Shown: positions 1-13,000 of the stretch, in pieces
Position numbering within the stretch: position 1 is the stretch's first letter
Layout: every line of letters begins with the position of its first letter
DNA from: Balanoglossus misakiensis
Lineage: Eukaryota; Animalia; Hemichordata
Direction: 5' to 3'
NCBI GenBank assembly: GCA_040954595.2
Contig: CM082590.2
Coordinates: forward strand, 5,828,001 to 5,892,000
DNA: 64,000 bases
The notes under the pieces: generated by a model
Database searches by the model: none
What the model was told of the DNA's origin: nothing
Seen by the model: the letters and a program-made list of their open reading frames with translations, nothing else
Position numbers and translations under genes: made by a program

Positions 1-178
1 CGAGGCCTTAAAGTGAGTGCCCCACCTGGGTTCAAAATTAGTAGTCTGTTCCCCCCTGTCCCTCATTTATTTGAAGTAGCCCATTTCCTCCTAAATCACG
101 TGACAAGACGACGCCATCTTGGAACCAAAGGACTTTCACTTGTGGGGTTATATAACTGGACGTTCGAACAAAAGACGG

Positions 179-950
179 CAGGCCTCGATAATTCCTATCG
201 CCCGACGCCCGTGGCAAGTGTATTTTTAGCCCGGACAAGTGAAAAATAAAAGTCTTTTGTCCGACGGGCAAGTGACCTTTACCCTGTACTAAACTTGCGA
301 GATCGTGGTTTACACCATGGTGATTACTTGTACCGTCTGCCAAGTACAATGGATGACCTTACGACCTTTATCTACAAAGTTGCAAACTTAGTTTATGGAC
401 GCGACGCATTTGACTTAGATACATTTTAGTTTTTACCTACAACATTGTAACATGCTGATGGCCTATGAGACTAGGGCCTATGCTTAAACAGCTGCTTCTG
501 AAACCATGCTGAAACTGACTGATCGCCACCATAGGTATCAGCAGTCCTAGGTTTTGTTGAAAAGACATCTTCTGATGGGAGTTTCAATATAGATTTCACT
601 GCATATTTCTGGATTTAGACTGGGTTAAGACAGTATTATTCCTATTGCATGCTTACATCAAAGGGTCACACACATGCCCATTCAAGGAGGGGCATTTTAT
701 TTTTCAATTCAAATATGTCTTGGATTTATAGAATTTTTTGACATATTGCCACTTTTTAGCTTGGAAATTCTTATGAATTTTTCAAAGGCCAATATTGCAG
801 TATTGCACATGCACGCCGAAATACACATACTGTATGCATATGAAAAAATTGTCAAATTGAAGGGCAAGTGTAATTTTCTGAAGGACAAGTGAAATTGTAA
901 AGTCACTTGCCCTGTGGCAAGTGACTTTGTGAAAAATTTTTCGAGGCCTG
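179..950. mobile_element. Non-autonomous hAT-like element
   Basis: CAGGCCTCGA...TCGAGGCCTG termini, flanking direct repeat AGACGG, subterminal GGCAAGTG motifs. Confidence 0.7.
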
Positions 951-1012
951 AGACGGGTGCTAAATGATGTAATTTGTGAATGAATGCCAAGGCCAATGTA
1001 AATGACATAACA

Positions 1013-4000
1013 ATGGCTTCCCAGGAAGATAAAGATCCAGAGGTAAGTGACCCTTGAACTGAACGGGCAACAGTGTCTGAGTTTGTAGAATATTCCGTCT
1101 CTGGTCATGGACGCCCATAATCTAATCAACAGGTGTTTCAGAATAAATATCCGTCTGCTGAGATTATTCATGTTTCGGGTGGACTGAAACGTTTGAAGGA
1201 CAAAATTTACAAATTACCGCTCGGACAGAAAGTGTCACAGCAGTTGTAAAAAATTGACAAATTGTCGATGAAATTCAACACTGCACACAACAACTTGTAG
1301 ACACGGCAATATATGTGGGCTCCTATCACAGGGGCCTCTCCCTCCGCGATTTTGTATTTGTTTATTATGCCAAAAATCATCAACAACAACAACGACAAAC
1401 AAACAAAATCGCGGAGGGAGATGCCCCTGTGCTCCAATTGCAAGTCAGCTCCAACCAGCTCTGTGCTATGCGTGTATTGTATCCCTAAAATGTTTGTCTA
1501 CACGCGAAGCTCTGATTTGTTCTGCATGACAATGACTGTCCAAACATGTGTGGAATTCAGTCAGTCAATCCGTGAGTTCTGAGTGAGGTGTCTGTGTGGA
1601 TCGAGAGACTGTGGGTGGGGCACACAACTTGTAACAATTAACATCACGGAAAGTCCCGAAACTGTTCGTTGTTTGTGCTGGACGTACAAAGATTTGACTC
1701 GTAATAAACTGCTCGTCATATTTTATCATCACAATCAATCGTTTTCAATCTATGTCTGTATTACTGTATAGTCAATCATTCCAGAGTCTGATTAGCATCT
1801 CTACAGTGGCTCACTCCACATAGAGATACCAATTACCATATCAAAAGACAATGACCTTTCTGACCTGTACGCAAGTTCATTCAAGGTGACACAAATGTCG
1901 ATTGTAAGCGAAGGGTGTTTCAGCCGCACTCAGTTTAATGTCATGCTAACCTTTAATCACTTTGTTTTTGTAGCAGTGATAGAAAATTATTCATATCATT
2001 CTTGTTAAATTGCATTGTTTAATGACCACATTCTTGAACATCAATTTTGTTTGCAACAAAGTCATTGTGTTATTTCTCACATACTCATGGTACCTACGGT
2101 ACTACAGAGAAAAACTACAGAGGGAAGCTCTGTATATTTCTGTATGCAGAATGAGAAAATAAAGAAAAAATATGAATGTGATTGTCAAAAGATTGTGAAC
2201 TTTGACCCCAGTGGTGGTGATACACTCAGGCAAAATAGCTATCCATGCATGTTCCCAAAACTATCACAGAGAAGGGGATGCTTTCCAGTTATCATCACAG
2301 TCTTTAAAAATGATAAAAAATGGTACTTCTTCCAACAATGTTCAAACGAGATTTGAAATACAGATGGGTGTCTAAACCCAAGTTCTTTGTATTAGAAACA
2401 ATGTCATTGCTTTGTATTATGGCATTATCTGTCCCAGTTTTAGTAAATTAGGGGCTAAGGGGGCTTTTATTGTCTGATTTTCTTCTATATTTCGCAAATT
2501 GTCTATTTTTGGTGTTGAAAAGTCATGGAAAAGGATCAAGTCTTGAAAGTTTACGGAGAAGCAATGTCCATTTTCCCTGGGAGTGCCACCATCGGTTTTG
2601 TATTTCTGTTTTCCTGTTGCCCTTTGGAGATCTTGCTGTTTTGTCTTGGAGAAGAGTATTTGTGTTGTCTTTGTTTACTCACAATATGATATCATTATTT
2701 TATTGACAGTGACATGATCATGTTTTGTCTTCATAATTCTTCATCAATGAAGATTTCAATGTTTTCCTTTTATATTTCTGTTGCTTATAATTGCATTTTG
2801 AGAATATTTTGATAAAAGAAGTGTTTCTTGTTGAATGTTACAGGATCTCTTCGATGCCGCAGGGAAGGGTGATGTTGCAAAGATTCAGTCGCTGATAGCT
2901 GATGGATATGATGTCAATGCAAGGGGTAAATACCTGTTCGGGGTAAGTGTTTTGTATCGACCGATGTTTGATACAGAGTCATCGCTCAAGGCTAGCGTTT
3001 GATATTTTATTTTTCACGTGCAGTGAACGCAAAGAGCTTAATAAATTTGCCTGAAATTGTATTTCAATTACATACAACAAAATAACGATAGACAGCCTGG
3101 CTTTCTGGTAAGCAACAACTTTTAATGGAAATATCTCTTTAAAATAATGATTTTTGTTGAAATAAAATGGATTCTTGATGCAAACAAAATGTAAATTTTT
3201 CCACAAAAATACACTTACTGACACTGGGATGTCCACTGCAAACAGTTTGCACCATGTTGAATGCGCCCTCAACCAATATTTTCTAGGTATTTTTGAGGGT
3301 CAACTATGGCGTTTCAAGTTCTCTGTGGCAGGAATTAATTCTCAACTACGGCGTATTTCAAGGTCCATTTTACGCACTTTCCTGTTTGCAAATACGTTGT
3401 TGCAGTTCGCAACACCGCTTTCTATAGCACCCCTGATGCTGTTACTGTAGTAGCACTATGACAGAACTTCATGACCTCTGCGCGCGATCTGTGCAATATG
3501 GATTTTATTTTCATGAGTGAGAAGGTGTATTCTTCCGAGTATTTTTGCGAGCGATAGCGAGTAAAAATGCAGAAGAATACACCTTCTCACGAGTGAAAAT
3601 AACATCCATATTGCACAGATCGCGCGCAGAGGTCATGAAGTTCTGTTATTATTGCATATGTTTCCCCAGATTTGACGAAAATCAAAGTTTCGATCGTGGC
3701 GTATTGATTTTCATTACAGTGATGCGCCAAAGGCTATGCAACCCAGAGAAGGCCGCAACCTTTGTTATGCAAAGAAGGGTCATGTGGGGTCATTCCAACA
3801 GTGGGTTACCTGAGGTCGTGAGATCGCAGCGATAAATTTTGAAACACTGGCGATAGCGAGAGATTTTCGTAATTTTCGAGGTTCCAAAACACACTGACAA
3901 CTAAATGTTCTGTTATTCTGACGATAGTTGGGAAGGATAATAAAAGAACGTGCCAGAATGTTGAAAAATCCGCATGTTTCGGCGATCATGTTGGCTCATT

Positions 4001-7000
4001 TCATCGGTGGTTTAGCTCAGGTCGCAAGATAGCATCGGCAATATTTGAGAAACTGGCGATAGCGAGGGATATTCCGAGGTTCCCAAACGTACTGCCAGTT
4101 AATGTTTTGTTATTCTGACAAAATTTGGGAAGGATAAGACAGTGACGTCTCCGAATGTTGAAAATTTCCCACGTTTCGGCGATCATACTCCAGCTCTGCC
4201 GACGGCGTTCAATGTTTACAAACAAAACGTAGTCCGGCTTGTTTTTACTCATTTGCATATGGGTTGTGAAAAATACCACTTTGTCACGCGCACAACTAAA
4301 ACAACAATCGGCTTTTTTGCGACTGAAATAAAACTTTTGTTATATCCTCCGGAGGTTTATATGAACTCCAAGTGATTGTCTAACAGAACGAGGGTTAAAC
4401 TTTGAAAGATACGATCGATTGAAGGGGAAATGGGGGATCTTATTCTTCTGGATGCTCATTTGCATATGAGCTCGCAAAAATACCAGAATTATTATTGCAC
4501 GGCCCGCTTGGAATACTGTGGTACATATGCAATAATAAGCTGAACCACATTGAACAAAACTACTGTAAACTGATACCATGTTCACACTTGATGAGACTAG
4601 AAATATTTCAGAGACACTGTTTGTCATTTGTAACCACAGAATTAAAAACACACACATACGCACACACATTAGACCCACTGGCACTTGATCGGCCCCATCA
4701 GCAATTCCAGTTTTACACATGATGACTGACAATGAGGGCAACAGTGTATTTTGATGACCGAGGGCACTGCTAGTCACAACTAAAACAGTCTTGTTTTCCC
4801 CGAGGGCATAGGCCGAGGGAAAACAGACTGTTTTGGTGTGACTTGCAGTCCTGAGGTCATCAAAAATACACTGTTGCCCGAATATGTCAGTCATCATGTG
4901 TTTTATAACACTCCACACGACACACACCACATCCAGGCAACAGTACTGGGCAGAAACCGATCGAACTGATGCCCTGGGCAACAGTTCGAAATGACTAAAA
5001 GTCACGTGACGCCGTATTGACGAATCACAATCGAGGGTTCGCTGCATGGTGTGTTATAATATTTGTTGTGTTTAATGTGGTTCAGCTACACACATGTATT
5101 TTGGTCATAGAGAATTGTCACTCAACCTCAGAAAAAAATTACCATTATTATGATCATTCGGTTTCAAATCAATCTTTGTCTATTACTGAAATAGCACACC
5201 ATCTTAAGGTAGTTGGAAAGGCTAGGGCGTCAGTTAAAATTTCATTTAAAAACACTGAATTTATATCTAGAAATGTATTAGAGAAAAATTAAACTCATAA
5301 AAAATTCGGGGCAATAAACGTGTAACAAGATATGGCTGGTTTTATGATACCTAATTTCATTCATCTGGCAAGGAAGCTAGGGAGCCTTATTTGAGCGCCC
5401 TCTAGGGGAAGACTTCTCCTAGGCTATGCGCAAAAAGACGGGTTCCCCTAGCCAAGGGCATTTAAATGTAACTTGCAAACACTGATTCTTGCAATTTTCA
5501 ACGATAGATAACCTTGCTTGTTTATTAAAGGCTGCCAAATTATGGACATTTTTGCATTTCTAGGGAACCCGAAAAGCCAGCGGAAAAGCGTTTGACCCAG
5601 ATAAATGCGATCCTTCGCCGTGAACTGCTGCTAAACTTTGCGTATTTCGCTACTTTTCTGCCCTTCGCCATAATGTAATGGTTTTTATTTGTGATTGAAT
5701 AGGTATGCCAGATATTTTTTTTATCATGAAACTTTCAGGAAAGGCTCGGGACATCCCAAAGAACAATTTTACGGGACAGTTTTTTCATAATTTTTCCCGT
5801 TGTGTTTTGGCAGCACGTTAAAGTTGTATACAAAATATCAACAAAAACTGTGTTTTCCTGAGTGATAACTTTGAAAAAAATAAGTTTTTGCTGAAAGTGT
5901 CCCATACATTGCTGGAGGGGTTGCTTCATATTAAAATGAATACAAATTATTCAATAATTTGTGAAAACATGTCAAGATTCAATCAATATTTTGTAAAATT
6001 ATGAATATTTATATTTAGGCGTATCAAATTTCATAATTTTAGCAGATATTTTTACAGTCATATTTTTCCCTCACTTTTTAGTTTGTTAAGAACACATGCT
6101 GCAAATTTCAAGTCATTATCTTTATTCTAACTTGTGAAAATAAATTCACAAACATTGAGAGAATTTGCTTCAAAAATAGCCTTTCCAACTACCTTAAATC
6201 AAAACCATTTTTAGGTCCCATTTGGTGATGTAATATACCATGGGACCTTATGGAGTCAGTTGCGTCTGTCTGTATGTATGGATGTATGTATGTCTGTATG
6301 TCCGTCCACATCAAAAACTTGAAAACCGCTGCGCGTGTAACCTCGATATTTGGTGTGTAGATGCATTACAAGCTGTAGATGGGAGTTTGTTTAAAGTAAG
6401 TTGTCATTGCCAAAAGTATGCAAATTAGCTGGGAAAACGTGAAATTGGTCAAAACTCAGAAACTCAACAACCAATGGTCATATTGATTTGAAAATTAGTC
6501 TTTTGTTAACCTCACACGGTTCTGTATATTTGAGCTAAAAAAGTGAATTTTCTATTTTTTATGCATTTTTTGTCTTTTTTCACATTTTGGTAAAAAATCT
6601 ACTTTTCTGGAATTGATCAGCCGACTTCTTTGACATTTAGTATGAAGCTTCATATAGGTGATCTGAGTTACTATAGTTTTGTTTAAATTGTTGCAAAATT
6701 TGCATCTTTATAATTTTGGAGCAATTTTTGCCTTTTTTGATAATTTTTTTTCCTCCAAGTCTAAAACCGCTTGTCAGATTGCATTGAAATTTGGTAAGAT
6801 TTGCATGTATGTTTTTCAAATCAACGTGAAGAATTCAATAGTATATTTTTTGGGTGATTTTTGCCATTTTTGGTCAAAACTCTTTCTCAGACCCTCCACC
6901 CCCATTACTTTCCTGGGTGAGTTCTCATGATGATTTACAAAACCTTTGATTAAAGTGTCAATGTTTTGTGGGGGCAATATCTTGTATTTTTGGGGCATAT

Positions 7001-10000
7001 TTTCGAATTTTGATAAAAAATTATATTTCTCAGAAAGTGTACACTGTATGGCTGATTACTTTAAAATTTGAGTTGTAAGTTTATGGGATTGGCTTTTTTA
7101 GAATTATTATGGAATCATATCATAGGTAATTTGGAACTTCTATATATTGTAGGATATTATGAGGTTATTCCGAAAATACCGCAAAGTATGCACGAGGACA
7201 TTAGCGCTGAGTATCGCCCGACGCGTAGCGGAGGGCGATGCGCTGCGCTAATGTCCGAGTGCATACTTTGCGGTATTTTCATAATAACCTTATTATTATA
7301 CATCTTACATCTCCGTTAGTTCTTGTGTTGCATGTTTCTTGGCTTTCAAAACGCCCAAAAATGCCGATACAATTGATCGAAAACCGCTCAGTTGACTCAG
7401 TGAGCAGCCATCTTTCTTTTTTGTTTACGTGCGTTGGAGTTGGGGTGTCTTGAAACCGTCCGCATAACAGCGCATACCTGTACACGGTGAGTTGGGGCGC
7501 CTTGAAACTTAAGGCGTATTTAACACGCGTTCCGTTCGTACCGTTCCGTACGGCTTTTTATTGCACGCCAAAATCTATTCATGGTTCCACAGCTGTCAAT
7601 CACACTGAACCCTCAGCCAATCAGAGCCCAGAAAAGTCATGCTGTTGCACAACCGCCATTTTGTCCCACATATAATCAACAACGTCGCCTACAGTACACG
7701 CCCAGAATAGGGAGACAGACAGTTGCCTAAAAGTGTTATTTCAGTATTGGAAATTTATTGGTTTTAAATATCGGCCAAAATGGTGAAGAGATGCGCCTGG
7801 GGGACATGTAAATCGGACGAACGGTACCTTGACCCAACATCGCGTATATATTTTGTCCCGTTTCCGAAGCCAAAAACGCAGAGAGAGAGGTGTCTCAGGT
7901 GGATAAAAGCTTGCGGACGACCACATTATCAACTAAATGTTGAGAACATCAACAAACACAAGTATGTTTGCTCAAAGGTAAGAAATGACTTTTTTGTAAT
8001 TCCAAAATGTGTATTTGCTCATCGTGAATTCATGGTTCTGATGGTAGCTTGGTCTTGGAAAAAAAATTCTGTCGCTTTCTGTAAACAGACCCGTCACCAT
8101 GGTCACGCGTCGCGAGTCGTCTGCTCAAAATTATTACGAATATTTCATGGCAATCATCATGATTCTGTAATGAAGTCATATAAAAATGTTATTGTGATGT
8201 ATTGTCGTTGATTCAAAGCATTTTAATAAAAAAATGCATGTTCTGTAGTTGATTTCGGGTCACGTCACGCTGATGACATGACCCGCCATGACCCCGAACC
8301 TGTCGTCAGTGCAATGAAAACAAACTACACTGCTCCCGGCTCCCCGATCCCATTCTTACCGTGACCAATTCTAATGGCTAGATGTGCCCAAATAAAACTT
8401 GCGATCGGATCGATCGTGTGTTGTCATCTTACTGATTTATCTAAATCTTGATTGACGTTTCTGTTTCGTTTTCAGCATTTTCCCGATGCCAATGGGCCAA
8501 CGCCAGGATGTACAGACCCGCTACCAGCTGATGGCAGTACCTATACTCCCACAAGGTTACCACCAAAAAGAAGATGTCAATCTGACCAACACACACCGGA
8601 TTATTTGCCTCTCAAAAGAAAATGCCTTGCAAGTGCGTTTGAGAATGTAATGAAGTAAGTGTTCACAGCCATATTTTCTGCATTTCAAAATAGAGTATCT
8701 AAGTTGGGACAATAACAAAATAATCATTGGATTTAATGTAAGTGTCCTTTGTTATTGCGTATGTTTCTACTCTGACCTTTGGAAATTCTCCATATCATAT
8801 GAAACAGTCAACTAATTCTAATAATCTTTTCCAAACAAGTGTTCTTCCATGGACAGCTATCTGTTTCAGTGGTGTGGATATTTTCAGAAAATATTCATCC
8901 AGTAATATTGGTATGTAATGGTGTGAATTATTTTGTTGTTATAGTGCCCCATATCAACAAAATGTTACAAGACAAGTGGAAACTGATGAAAACATCAATA
9001 TCCAGCGGCAGACAAGAAGTGTAGGCACTCAAACAGAACATGCATGTAAGTATAATTAACATTAAGGCTCCAACATTTATGTGTACTACTGTTGAAAGTT
9101 GAATTACTGTTTTGATTGAAATTCTTTCATCAACAATATTGATGTGTCAGGAATGAAATAGGCTGCCACAATGTTGATAAGCAAATCATTGGATATTTTA
9201 GTGTGGTGTATGCGATCAATATAAAACACTACTCATTTTTAAAAAGGGTTTATTAATTAACATTTTGAAAGATATGGTTTTGCATGATTTTTGAAAAAAA
9301 GGCTAAGCTTAGTCAACATCTCCTGCATATATAAAATATCTGGAAAAACGCGCTGTGTGAACAAGTCATTTTGTGTAAAGACAACAAAATCACAAAATTC
9401 TGCCCCTGAAACCATTAACTGACCCTGTACTTGTGAAAAATATGCATGATTTTTCTTAAGAACTTTATCACCATTAGGGGAATACTTGAGCATAAAATTG
9501 GGAAGTTTGCTGATAGCATCCTCAATGGTCAAATTTCGTGCACTGTAAGGACATTTACATTCGATTATTCCGCACCTACCATCATCACATACCCTCCCAT
9601 CAGGGGTTGCACCCAGAAACCCAAATTCTTTATTGACAATCAAACCACATTCATGTATATGTCTGTTTTTGAATACATCCAAATACTTGGATTTTGCTTT
9701 TGGTTCATTACGTTTACCATATTCCAAAGAAATAGCTGTTATTGATTTGTTTTGAAACAAGCTATCAAGAAATTATACAGATGGAGCTGATTTCCGATGA
9801 ACAATCCTGCCAAAATTTGAAGCAGTCAGGCGACATGCCCTTGCTTTTTGCCAGTTGTTGAACCCAGCTTCTCCCCTTGTCTCTAGTTCAAGTTTTTCTG
9901 GACAGGTTTGTTCAAAATCTTCATTCAGGCTTATAAATTCTGCTGGAAGACTGACTGGAGCTTTTTTTGGTAAAAGTGTTGGTCCACAGCCATGGCTAAT

Positions 10001-13000
10001 TGATGGCTCGGTTGTCTTCATATTGTTCATCTACAAAAACAAATGAAAATATTGCAAAATACATTTGAAGTACATATTTTCTGTCTATTTTTTCAGGGAT
10101 ATCACCACTTGACCTTCTAGCACAGAGTGCCGAAATTTGTAGAATGGAACAGAAACTACAGCAGAAGGATGACACGATCGATAAACTCAATGCTCAGCTA
10201 TCGGAAAAAGATGAAAAATTCAAAACACAGACCGATAGTAAATTTGGTGTATCAGCTGTCCTCAAACGTCAGAAGAAACTGAAGGGACTATTCAAATATT
10301 ATACTGGAATCACATATGTTAGATTTATTGCTTTATTGACATTTCTTTTACCAAACAAAACAGTTTTAAACTACAAGAAAAAGAGAGTTGATGTGAAAAA
10401 TTTAACTAGTAGAAATTGTTTATTTCTGTGTCTGTGTCGTCTTCGACACAATTTTGGGTTGCGGGATGTGGCTGTTAGGTTCCAGATTGGGCTGCAGTCA
10501 GCTGGGGATATTTTCAACACCTGGATTGATCACATGTATTGGAAATTTGGCCAGCTTAATATTTGGCCACACAGAAGTGTTATCATGGGGAAAATGCCGC
10601 CAAATTTCAAGACAGATTTTAAGACCACCATGGTAATTATTGATTGTACCGAATTGAAAACTCAGGCCCCAAGTGCCTTAGGCCTTCAAAGCCAATTATA
10701 TAGCGATTATAAGTCTAACACAACATTGAAAAGTTTAGTGGGCTGTGACCCTAGTGGTTATTTAGTTTTTGTTTCTGAATTATTTACTGGGGGGATATCT
10801 GATGTTGAAATTTCAAGGGAGAGTGGGTTTCACAGGATTTATTAGTTAGTGGGTACCTTAAAATGGGGGATGCCATTATGGCGGATAAGGGGTTTACACT
10901 TAAAAATGAAATAGCTGGACTTGGTTTAGAATTGAATATTCCCCCTTTTGTTTCTTCCACTGCACAAATGTCTGTTGCAGAAACAGAAACCACAGAAAAA
11001 ATAGCCAAACACAGAATACACATTGAAAGACTAATAGCCAAAGTAAAAACATATAAAATTGTCTCTGAAACTATACCAACCTCTCTTTTTAGAAAGATTA
11101 ATTCTATCTGGTCTGTCTGTAGTTATTTAACTCTCTTTCAGGATGTTTTTGTAAAAGAGAAAGAAGTAAAATAAACACATTTTTATCACAAGCGACCGTA
11201 ACCAGTTAGCAGGATTGATATGCAGGTTATGATGAGAAGCTGAATAATAATAATAATAATAATAATTAATAATTTATTTATTTATTTTATTTTTTATGAG
11301 AATACATGAATGTCTGAATGTTATGATTGTATTTTGAATCTGGTAATAAATAACATTTTTACCCTATATTAATTGTAACATTTATTTCTCTGAGTGGTTT
11401 CTGGGGGAAGGACAGCAATACAATCTTTTCCATGAGAAAATTTAATTCTTGGCCAATTATGTTGTAAAGGACAAAAGAAAAAGTGACTAGGAAAACTTGT
11501 CAATAAATATGCAATATTCCCAATATTATCTCTTTGTATATCATCTTATTCACTACACTGCACTACTGTACAGTACAGTAATACTGGTAAATCACTCACC
11601 TGGTAAGATAAAATGGATCCTAGCTGTACTTCACCAAAAGGAGATTGAGTCATAGGGACATCGCTGGATACAGTGTACTCTAAGGGTGTGCCTTTGATTC
11701 CCTTCAGAATTTCTATGTCCTCTGATGTTACTTTGGGCATCCTGGAAAAAATATTGCCATTGTTGATGAACGTTTTTGTTCAAAATATTCTAGCCTTTAA
11801 ACCCTGTATTTCTCTGCCCCTGTGCCAATTCCAATTTCTTGATCTACTGTGAATAGTTTGATGAAATATTCAGTCTTATATTGTTGACAATGAATTCAAG
11901 TCTTGTCTTTGATCCCATTGTCATCAATAATAATGCTGTTCTTATCAATATTTTCAAATAGATACTTACTTTCTACTGGTGTCTATCTGGCAAACTATAG
12001 GTCGCCGTCGCCTTGATTCAGCTAATGGCCTGGCTACAACAACATGATTTATTGGAACAGGTTTTATTTTGGGTCCCCTTGGAACATGCCATTGTTGTGG
12101 TATAGCGGTACAGCTCAGCTGGGTTGGTACTGATGAAAAATTATAAAGTTTTAAGCCCTGTAGAGATTTCAGTAGCCCGATAACATGTGAGCAGTGACCA
12201 CTTAAACTAGAAAAGATAAAAAAAAAACGACAGGGTTTAATTCTTTAATGTACTAAAGCCTTCTTTTCAAAGCAAATCTTTTGAAACACAACCTTGACCT
12301 TGCGGTGAGAGCCCCGGCGGAAAGTTTTGTATAAAGGTCACTGAACAAGTCAACCGCCGATCAATGACAAGTGAAGCCCCCGCGCCCGTATGCGTACCGC
12401 TACGGCATCACTAGCACTCGGGCTACACGTTGCCGATATACGAACACATTCACCAAATCATTTTGCAAGATCCACGGAATTGTTGTCCTGACATATGAAC
12501 AGTTTTCACAATATCAGTTGTTATGTAATGAACTGCGAATCCCCTTGCAGTCTAGCCTCCCCCCCCCCCTTTCATGTTGACGTCATGATACTTGATCGGC
12601 GCCGCCTTTTCGCCACGATCATATAAATACCAATATTTGAAATGTGGTAAATTTTACGGATGAACAAAAGATAATGTGTAAATAAAATGACTTACCCTGC
12701 TTTGCACGTACAGTAAGCGTTCGTTATTTTTTTATCCACCGTCGAAATTGAGATGTCGATACGGTGCGGAAGCTCTGAATTTCTCATGGATCTCCAACAC
12801 CGCGCACGAATGTTTACCTCCGCAGTGTTACTGTCGTCAACTTTTATATCATGGACATAACCTTGAGTAAAATAGTTTAACTTCTTTTTGACTTCTTGGA
12901 TAGGTTTTTGAACTCTGGGAGGTAGCATATACAGAAATGTCGCCAGGAACATTGCGCAGACTATCGCTGAACGATTCCAGTTTCCCTGCCATGTTTATTT